A stretch of DNA of 64,000 nt from a virus (taxonomy: Duplodnaviria > Caudoviricetes), in IMG/VR virus record IMGVR_UViG_3300021431_004524, positions 32,001 to 96,000 of that record. The stretch is one strand, 5' to 3'. A model generated the notes under the pieces. The model did no database searches and was not told where the DNA came from. It saw only the letters and a list, made by a program, of their open reading frames with translations. Of this stretch, positions 18,847 to 26,271 are shown piece after piece. A program made the position numbers and the translations under genes. Within the stretch, counting starts at the first letter, position 1, and every line of letters starts with the position of its first letter.

Positions 18847-20520
18847 ATGAAAAAAATAAGGTCATTTGAGGAAACTGTTAAATTGTTCAGAGAAGTTCAC
18901 GGTTACAAATTTGAATATTATCCAGAGACATATCACGGTAGTGCATATAAGATGAAAATGCATTGTAATATTTGTGGATGTGATTTTGAACAAACCCCTA
19001 ATAAACATTTATTAGGAAGAGGATGTCCTGAATGTGGCGGGACTAAAGTTTGGGACAAAGATAAATTCGTTAAAGAAACTGAGAAAATATTTCCAAAACA
19101 ATTTTCTTTTGATGAAACAAATTATGTTAACCAAAGGACACCTCTTATTGTGACTTGTAAAAAACATGGAAATATTGAAGTTATTCCTAAAACATTTCTG
19201 AAAGGTTGTGGGTGTCCATATTGTAAAGAAGAAAAAAATAAAAAATTTGCTGATAGTTTTGAAGAGCGTGCAAGAAAAATACATCCTGTGGAGGAATGTT
19301 TGGATTACGGTGAAAGTTGTTATGTAAATATACATACACCATTGAAGATAATATGTCATAAGAAAGATGAATATGGTGTGGAACATGGTGAGTTTTGGCA
19401 AACGCCAGCACATCACCTAAGTGGTCAAGGATGTCCTAAATGTAATGGCAATTTCAAAATGACTGGTAAGGAATTTGAAATAAAATCTAAGAAAATTCAT
19501 CAAGATAAATTTACATATTTTACTGAAAAATATAATGGTTATAATGAAAATGTGGAGATTAAATGCAATACATGTGGTAAAATATTTTTTCAAACTCCAC
19601 ACAATCATTTAAAAGGTGAAGGTTGTCCATATTGTGTTGGTAATATATCTAAACCGGAAACCGATATTGCTGAATTTATTTCACAATATACATATATAGA
19701 TACAAATAATAGAAAAATATTAGACAATTCAAAGGAAATAGATATTTTAATTCCTGACAAGAAAATTGCATTTGAATATGATGGGTTGGTGTGGCATTCA
19801 GAAAAATTCGGAAAAGACCGAAATTACCATCTTAATAAAACCGAAGAATGTAAAAATAAAGGAATAAAATTATATCATATATTTGAAGATGAATGGGTAT
19901 TTAACAGAGAAATTGTAGAGTCAAGAATAAAGAATATACTTGGTGTAACAGAAAATAAAATATATGCAAGAAAATGCAGTATAAAAGAAATAAGTGATAA
20001 TGATGCAGAAATATTTTTGAATAATAATCATATACAAGGGTATTGTAAGTCAAAATATAGATACGGTTTGTTTTATAATAATGAATTAGTGTCTGTTATG
20101 ACATTTGGGCATCTTCGTAAGAATTTAGGCAGTATAGGAAATAACGACGAATATGAACTACTTAGATTCTGCAATAAGCTTGATACTACTGTAACAGGCG
20201 GTGCTTCTAGACTACTTAAGTGTTTTATAAACAAAGTACATCCAAACAGAATTATAAGTTATGCTGATAAAAGATGGAGTAATGGTAATCTTTATGAAAA
20301 GTTAGGATTTAAACATGTAAAGGATAGTCAACCTGGATATTTCTATATTATAGGACAACGCAGAGAAAATAGATTTAAATATAGAAAGGATAAACTTGTT
20401 AAAGAAGGATATGACAAAAATAAAACCGAACATGAGATAATGATTGAACGTGGAATATATAGAATATATGATTGTGGAATGATGGTTTTTGAGATGATAA
20501 TAAATAATCCCGATGAATAA
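18847..20520 (+). CDS. Putative homing endonuclease, paralog of 3220-5103 (4 Zn-ribbon repeats + PD-(D/E)xK + GNAT/Mom-like); start at ATG 18847
   Basis: GCPxC repeats; EIDILIP..KIAFEYDGLVWH; HIFEDEW; YELLRFCNK...ISYADKRWS.GNLY; RIYDCG. Confidence 0.75.
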   Translation: MKKIRSFEETVKLFREVHGYKFEYYPETYHGSAYKMKMHCNICGCDFEQTPNKHLLGRGCPECGGTKVWDKDKFVKETEKIFPKQFSFDETNYVNQRTPLIVTCKKHGNIEVIPKTFLKGCGCPYCKEEKNKKFADSFEERARKIHPVEECLDYGESCYVNIHTPLKIICHKKDEYGVEHGEFWQTPAHHLSGQGCPKCNGNFKMTGKEFEIKSKKIHQDKFTYFTEKYNGYNENVEIKCNTCGKIFFQTPHNHLKGEGCPYCVGNISKPETDIAEFISQYTYIDTNNRKILDNSKEIDILIPDKKIAFEYDGLVWHSEKFGKDRNYHLNKTEECKNKGIKLYHIFEDEWVFNREIVESRIKNILGVTENKIYARKCSIKEISDNDAEIFLNNNHIQGYCKSKYRYGLFYNNELVSVMTFGHLRKNLGSIGNNDEYELLRFCNKLDTTVTGGASRLLKCFINKVHPNRIISYADKRWSNGNLYEKLGFKHVKDSQPGYFYIIGQRRENRFKYRKDKLVKEGYDKNKTEHEIMIERGIYRIYDCGMMVFEMIINNPDE

Positions 20521-20541
20521 CACATCGGGATTATTTATTAT
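20496..20541. terminator. Strong bidirectional hairpin between the convergent endonuclease and tail tube genes
   Basis: About 19-bp perfect inverted repeat TAATAAATAATCCCGATG-7 nt-CATCGGGATTATTTATTA, overlapping the endonuclease stop codon. Confidence 0.8.
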
Positions 20542-20564
20542 AATTAATATTTAACTTACTCTTA

Positions 20565-21053
20565 TTAGAAACTCAAAATACAATACTGAGGACGTAATGT
20601 AAGTGTCCATGTGGCCAAAGAGTCATCATCATAGCTCAATTCACCGCCACTTGCAGATACAATCATTGCTGATTTAATAATCCATTGCGATACGGCAGTT
20701 CCGGTAGGATCCAGCATCTCTAATATCAAATCTCTTTTATATGCAGCAGCATAACCTTGACGTCCAGTAACTGATTCTGAATGAAGACGTACCCATTCCA
20801 TGATGGCTTGTGATGCTGATGGACCGATTGGGTCACGTAACTCGCATGTAATTTGTTCCCACAAGTAACGTCCAACTACCCAGCTTGAAGTATTAAGGAA
20901 TTGGATTTCTGTTTCATTTTGTGTAATTGTAGGACGTGAGCATGATGCTACCCACCATTCCTGTATTCCTAAATCAGATGGGAATCTGAGCAAAAATCGA
21001 TTTTTCCGGAGTGGCTCGTATTCAACCGGCATCTTCAAAAGTAAATCGGACAT
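20565..21053 (-). CDS. Tail tube protein (T4 gp19-like)
   Basis: EPLRKNRF, SCSRP, GRYLWEQIT, MEWVRL, YKRDLILEMLDP, ELSY...LTLRPQYC tube motifs; 162 aa. Confidence 0.9.
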   Translation of the reverse strand: MSDLLLKMPVEYEPLRKNRFLLRFPSDLGIQEWWVASCSRPTITQNETEIQFLNTSSWVVGRYLWEQITCELRDPIGPSASQAIMEWVRLHSESVTGRQGYAAAYKRDLILEMLDPTGTAVSQWIIKSAMIVSASGGELSYDDDSLATWTLTLRPQYCILSF

Positions 21054-21224
21054 CTTGTATGTAAGTCAATTATAATTTTTATTTTTATATTCTCTTTTAA
21101 TCTTTTTCAACTATAAATATGCTAAAAAATGTTTTTTATTTGTTTTTTTTTCAAAAAAATTGTAGTATTTTTGCAAATGGAAGTAATATATAATGGGATT
21201 GTGGTTTATTAAAATATGTATGGA

Positions 21225-21254
21225 AAAAGGAGACTGTTTGATTAGCCTCCTTTT
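21225..21254. terminator. Bidirectional terminator
   Basis: AAAAGGAG...CTCCTTTT stem directly after the stop of the 21259-21711 gene. Confidence 0.65.
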
Positions 21255-21258
21255 AATG

Positions 21259-21711
21259 TTAGTCTTCACCATAAAAAGTTGATAATTGTTCTCCTTTGTA
21301 AGCCCTTTTATAATCATGACTTGTTTCAACATTTTTTTGCTTTAACCTATTGATTTCAAATTTTGCAAAATCAATTAAACGTTTATCGCCTGGCTGTAAT
21401 GTGTCCGGGTTAACATTATACCTTTCTATAAAATCTTGCCGGCATTGATTAATAATTTGATGGCGTGTTACTGATTGATATCCAAATAGACCGAATTGTG
21501 CAGTGAGTAAACTACACATTAGTGTCATAAGTGTACCATAAGTAATATCTTCACTATGTTGTTTTATTTTATGCCAAAAGTCACTTATTTTACCTTCATA
21601 AATCTGTTGTTTTTTTCTATTTTGAATGGACATTTCATTCAAAGTTTTTATTACCGACTCCTTTACTATATTGCGGAGTTGTGATTCTGTAAGACTGATT
21701 TGTTTCTTCAT
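21259..21711 (-). CDS. Hypothetical protein with N-terminal LTESQL..IVKESV...LNE motif and one TM segment (candidate internal virion protein)
   Basis: 150 aa; hydrophobic ITYGTLMTLMCSLLTAQFGLFGY. Confidence 0.65.
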   Translation of the reverse strand: MKKQISLTESQLRNIVKESVIKTLNEMSIQNRKKQQIYEGKISDFWHKIKQHSEDITYGTLMTLMCSLLTAQFGLFGYQSVTRHQIINQCRQDFIERYNVNPDTLQPGDKRLIDFAKFEINRLKQKNVETSHDYKRAYKGEQLSTFYGED

Positions 21712-22121
21712 ACTGTTTGTGTATTATTTTGTGGCTTATTAGCACTTTCTGCTGCTTTATCTACTGTTTGCCAAATTTTCTTAAGCAGTTGATAACTTTC
21801 AGAAGTTGGGTTATTTGCAAGTTTTGCAACACCTTTAAGTGCCAATACTCTTATTTGGTCAATTAAAGGTTTAATTTCAGCATCGATTGGCGATACATTC
21901 TGTGCTACCTTTTCATCTTCTGCCGACTGGAATGGTGTCGTATCAGCTGTTGGTGATGGTTGATTATTACCGAGGTTAGCCTTTGGGGGCAGTTGGTCAA
22001 CATCTGCCATAGGGTCGTTATTTTCTCCGAAGACGAGGCTTTCAACTGTCAGAGAAGGTGTTTTATCTCTGAGAATAAGTTTCATTTCCTCAATCAGATT
22101 TTTATTATCTTTTGTATTCAT
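21708..22121 (-). CDS. Hypothetical protein (possible head-associated)
   Basis: 137 aa, overlapping stop/start (ATGA) with the next gene, preceded by the TATTTAT motif. Confidence 0.7.
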   Translation of the reverse strand: MNTKDNKNLIEEMKLILRDKTPSLTVESLVFGENNDPMADVDQLPPKANLGNNQPSPTADTTPFQSAEDEKVAQNVSPIDAEIKPLIDQIRVLALKGVAKLANNPTSESYQLLKKIWQTVDKAAESANKPQNNTQTV

Positions 22122-22210
22122 ATCTTTAAAAACGTTCTTAAATTATATATAATAAATATGTGTGAAAATTAAAATTTCTGTAATTATAATATATAAAATG
22201 GATAAAGATT

Positions 22211-23197
22211 ATGGGTGATTTAGAAATATATGAAATGAGTGATGCTTGTCTGGAAGATTATTGTTATAGTTTAGATAAACTTGATGAAACTATTTGTCAT
22301 GGTATTAATAATTTAATTTATGAAGAAAAGGGTGTTAATGAAACTGTAAGATATAACTGTTTTATTTTATTTAATCAAATATTAGAGCATGCAAAAAATA
22401 CTGAACGTGTAAAAATCGAAAATTTTTACGGTGTTTTTAAAAGAAAAGGCAGTTTTAGATTTAAAATGGATATTTCTCCCAATGAAATTATAGATATAAA
22501 AGTACCAAAAGAAAAAATATTAATTTCATATACTTTTTATAATTTCAAAGATAAACAATGTAAGGATATATTTGATAAGAATGACCATAATCACACATAT
22601 GGATGTGAATGTAATTGCAATGGCATGGGTTATCTTAATATAATTGTTCTTAATTTTTATATGATAAGTGGCCATGCAGACATTTCGAAATGGGCTGATT
22701 CTATTCAGCATGGATTAAGTCATGATTTTGAAATAACGAATCGGGGAAAACCATATATTAATGATTTAAATAAAATAGGTTTGAATCTAATGAGTTCAAA
22801 CGATATATGTGTGAAGAGTATAGGATATATACTTTATGCATCTGATAAAACTGAGATAAGAGCATATGCAAATGGCTTATATGCTTATTTATCAAGTAAA
22901 AATATTATTATGCCGAAATATACTAATTTGCGACATTCTGATTTTTTTAAAATATTAAAGGAACTTAATAATTCGCTTGCTTTTATAAAGGGTAATAAGA
23001 ATAATAAAGAATTGTTAGAAAAAATAAATTTATATTTAGAAAAGTATCATATTAAATATGATAAATTAATAGAAATTGGTGAAAATACGATTAAAAAATG
23101 GAATAAGGAGGCAATGAGAACAATCAACAAATATACTAAGGATGCACAAATTAAATTTGATTATTGGACAGATGCCCCATTACCAAGATTTATTTAA
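22211..23197 (+). CDS. Zincin-like protein with a degenerate HExxH motif (HGLSH)
   Basis: SIQHGLSH followed downstream by TEIRAY (third-ligand-like Glu). Very AT-rich gene. Confidence 0.5.
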   Translation: MGDLEIYEMSDACLEDYCYSLDKLDETICHGINNLIYEEKGVNETVRYNCFILFNQILEHAKNTERVKIENFYGVFKRKGSFRFKMDISPNEIIDIKVPKEKILISYTFYNFKDKQCKDIFDKNDHNHTYGCECNCNGMGYLNIIVLNFYMISGHADISKWADSIQHGLSHDFEITNRGKPYINDLNKIGLNLMSSNDICVKSIGYILYASDKTEIRAYANGLYAYLSSKNIIMPKYTNLRHSDFFKILKELNNSLAFIKGNKNNKELLEKINLYLEKYHIKYDKLIEIGENTIKKWNKEAMRTINKYTKDAQIKFDYWTDAPLPRFI

Positions 23198-23206
23198 AGA
23201 AAAAAT

Positions 23207-23787
23207 ATGAAGCAACCAGTAAAAGGTGGAAAGAAAATAAAAAGAAAAGTAAATACTGTTAAAAACGGTAGTCACAATCCATTTCGTAAGAGGAATCATA
23301 CGCAGGAATACGGAACTTCAAAATTGGAGTATGACTTTGCACGTGATTTCTTGGATAAATTGGGATTAAAATACGTGTATCAATATGAGGCAAAAGATAT
23401 TAAGAGGTTTTTTGATTTTGCAGTTACTGCTGAAGAGAATTATCCTTACAAATATGTTTTAAAAGAGGGTATTAACAGCATTGACCAAGATGCACAATTA
23501 TTTATTCCTAATTTCATCATTGAGGTGGATGGTGACTACTGGTGACAAAATGTCATTCAAATCCATTGTTGGTTAAGGAAAACGAACTTAATCCTATGCA
23601 GAAACATAACAAGTTTGTCGATAAATTAAAGGATGAGTGGTGTGGTATGCATTGTATTCCTTTATTGAGAATATGGGAGAATGATATAAGGAAAAAACCA
23701 AAGAAAGTCATTGACATGATTTGTGAGTATTCATTGGCTGCTAGGAAAAGACAAATGATAAAGGAGAATAGGAAAAGGCCACATTAA
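23207..23787 (+). pseudogene. Vsr/DUF559-like PD-(D/E)xK endonuclease interrupted by an 11-nt insertion (ORFs 23207-23545 and 23542-23787)
   Basis: SKLE...FFDF...IIEVDGDYW stop, then HSNP...LLRIWENDI in another frame. Removing 23543-23553 restores EVDGDYWHSNP. Confidence 0.7.
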
Positions 23788-23849
23788 ATGTTGATATTCA
23801 TTTAATTGTATATTAGGTTTATATTAAGATAAATTTTAATTGATACGAA

Positions 23850-24443
23850 ATGAGAGCAGTATTATATGTGCCATACAGTAATGGTGATGCAAGGAATGGT
23901 TTCAAGTATGACAAAGAGATAAGTCAGAAAGAATACGCCAATGCTATGGTTGAATATTATAATCAGCATAAGGATGGTATTGACAGTGTATTCATGAGTA
24001 AGGGTTTAGGCCGTAATATTGCTGTTAATCCATTTAGGAAAGAAAAGGTAAAATACAACCAACAGACATTCTATTATCAGCCGGTTGAAGCAAAAGTATT
24101 TGATATTGATGGAAAAGATGAGAAAATAGACGAATTAATACAATTTTACAAGACTGGTGAACAGTTCATTGTGATTATTGCATTACTTAATCTTTCTTCT
24201 GCTGATGAAAGTGGTGAACTTGAAAGCGATATAAAGGCTTGGACAAGGGAAAGTGTTAAGATAAACAGAACCAATAAGATGACGGAAGATGAAAAGATAA
24301 AGAGTCTTTCAAAGAAAAGCCTTAAACTTAAGTTCAAGGATTCTAAGTCAAGTGCAATCTTAAAGAATTGCAAGATGATTGAGGTTTATTCAAGAAACAA
24401 GTTTGCGTTACTTGTTGAGAGTATAGATTTTGTTCAAGAATAA
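23850..24443 (+). CDS. Hypothetical protein
   Basis: 197-aa ORF with typical codon usage, in the tail operon. Confidence 0.75.
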   Translation: MRAVLYVPYSNGDARNGFKYDKEISQKEYANAMVEYYNQHKDGIDSVFMSKGLGRNIAVNPFRKEKVKYNQQTFYYQPVEAKVFDIDGKDEKIDELIQFYKTGEQFIVIIALLNLSSADESGELESDIKAWTRESVKINRTNKMTEDEKIKSLSKKSLKLKFKDSKSSAILKNCKMIEVYSRNKFALLVESIDFVQE

Positions 24444-24482
24444 CGTTATAAAATAAGATATATCTTAAAAAATTAAAAGAAC

Positions 24483-26021
24483 ATGGATGTAATTAACAGT
24501 AATGGCAAGATGACACCGGAGGAATTTGCCGAAAGAAGAAAGAGGGAATTGGCTATACTTAAGGCTTCAAATCAGATGTTGGAAGATGCCAAGAATAATC
24601 TTATTTCAATGAATGAGGAAGACATTGACATTATGAAATATGCCGGCACACAGGAATTGTCAAAGAGTGATAAGATAAAGGCTATTGAAGAGGCTCAGAA
24701 AGAGAATATAGCAGCCGGTGAAGCATATTACGGTGCTTCTGAAAAGGAAATTAATGACGCAACTTATTTTGAGCCGGATAAGGCTGCTGTAAAGGCTTAT
24801 GAAAGAAGACTAAAAATGAAAGGTATTACTGATGAACAGTTACATAATAAAAAGTTGAATACTGCTTCTTATTCAAATGAAGACACGCCCGATGATGGCC
24901 TTATTGAAGATTATACCGGAAGTGGTAAGAAGAAAACAACAAGACGTAAGAGAGTAACTAAGAGGACAAAAGAAGAAGAAACAAGTCAATATGAAGAGAA
25001 AGCACCGGAGATTACGGTATCTCAGAAAGAAACAATCGAGGTGGCGAAACCGGAACCGGTTGATGTGAAGAAGGAGACCGAAATTGTTACAAATGAGAAT
25101 ATTGAAGATGACTCTTATGATTTTGATGTTAATAGCATTCCAGATTATGTACAATATGATGTTATTCCTTTACCTTCAAACGGACAATGTTATAAGCACA
25201 AGAAAGGCAGAGTACCGGTTGCTTATCTGACCGGTTCTGACGAGAATATTATCGCCTCTCCAAACATGTATCGTGATGGTAAACTGATTGACATTATTTT
25301 GAAGAGAAAAATACTTGATAAGACCATTAACGTTGATGAATTAGTAGCCGGTGATAGAGATGCAATTACCCTTTGGTTAAGGGCAACGGCATACGGTCCG
25401 GAGTTCCCAATTACTGTGACAAATCCAAATAACGGTAAACAATATGATACTTCTGTCGATTTGTCGAAGTTCAAATTCAATGATTTTAATTTGAAAGGTG
25501 ATGAAAATGGTTTGTTTGAATATAATGTCGGTAAAAATGTAATTAAATTTAAGTTTTTGACTAAGAATGATGAAAACGAACTTAGGGAGAAACTGATGAA
25601 TCAGATTTCAGACAGTGAGAAAATAAGTATACTCCGTGATGTAATGTCGATTAAGGAGTCTCTTGCAAGGGTTGATATTGATGATGAGGAACGTAAGAAC
25701 CTTAATGAAGATATTGAAGAAATTAGGGAAGTAATCGGTGAATCGGTCAATGAGAATGAAGATGCTGATGTCTATCCTAAGACTGTTACCGAACAGATGA
25801 TTATGCATACTGTTTCAATTAATGGTAATACTGATGAGGAATACATTAGGAACTTCATTGAGAATATGAGAGCCGGTGATGCAAGAAAATATCGTGACTA
25901 TATTGTTAATAATCGTCCGGGTGTTGATTTCAATATAAAGATTGACGTACCTAAGAGCGATGGAGGTGGCTCTTTCAATACGTTTCTTAGAATCGACGAT
26001 TCTATTTTCATCACCTACTAA
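24483..26021 (+). CDS. Baseplate hub assembly / tail assembly chaperone (T4 gp26-like C-terminal domain) with a long charged N-extension
   Basis: DVIPLPSNG.CY...VAYLTGSDENII...LVAGDRDAITLWLRATAYG motif; upstream of the tape measure gene. Confidence 0.7.
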   Translation: MDVINSNGKMTPEEFAERRKRELAILKASNQMLEDAKNNLISMNEEDIDIMKYAGTQELSKSDKIKAIEEAQKENIAAGEAYYGASEKEINDATYFEPDKAAVKAYERRLKMKGITDEQLHNKKLNTASYSNEDTPDDGLIEDYTGSGKKKTTRRKRVTKRTKEEETSQYEEKAPEITVSQKETIEVAKPEPVDVKKETEIVTNENIEDDSYDFDVNSIPDYVQYDVIPLPSNGQCYKHKKGRVPVAYLTGSDENIIASPNMYRDGKLIDIILKRKILDKTINVDELVAGDRDAITLWLRATAYGPEFPITVTNPNNGKQYDTSVDLSKFKFNDFNLKGDENGLFEYNVGKNVIKFKFLTKNDENELREKLMNQISDSEKISILRDVMSIKESLARVDIDDEERKNLNEDIEEIREVIGESVNENEDADVYPKTVTEQMIMHTVSINGNTDEEYIRNFIENMRAGDARKYRDYIVNNRPGVDFNIKIDVPKSDGGGSFNTFLRIDDSIFITY

Positions 26022-26196
26022 TTTTGAAAGGAATCTCAAAACCGAAATGTGGCTTTGCCATGAGCATATGAATTTGTCGATGACTGACATATATAATATG
26101 CCGGTAGCAGACAGGAAATCATACATTGCCATACATAATAGGGAGATTGAGAAACAAAAGGAAAAACTTAAAATAAAGAAACCGAAAGGTAAATAA
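26003..26196 (+). CDS. Small tail-chaperone partner (gp51/GT-like), in the +1 frame overlapping the end of the upstream gene; alternative independent start at ATG 26047
   Basis: EMWLCHEHMNLSMTDIYNMPVADRKSYI resembles the short post-chaperone ORF found before tape measure genes. Confidence 0.6.
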
Positions 26197-26271
26197 TAAA
26201 GAATATAGTCCAATTATCAGATAAATAATGGTATTTGGACTATTTATGTTTATATGAATTAAAAGCATTTA

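Noticed and set aside
21193-21282. 29-codon ORF after the orphan promoter
   Set aside because: Runs through the terminator hairpin and into the convergent gene; no supporting features.
23543-23545. TGA read-through as Trp/Sec in the split nuclease
   Set aside because: Reading through in frame gives unrelated sequence and another stop; the conserved HSNP continuation is in a different frame.
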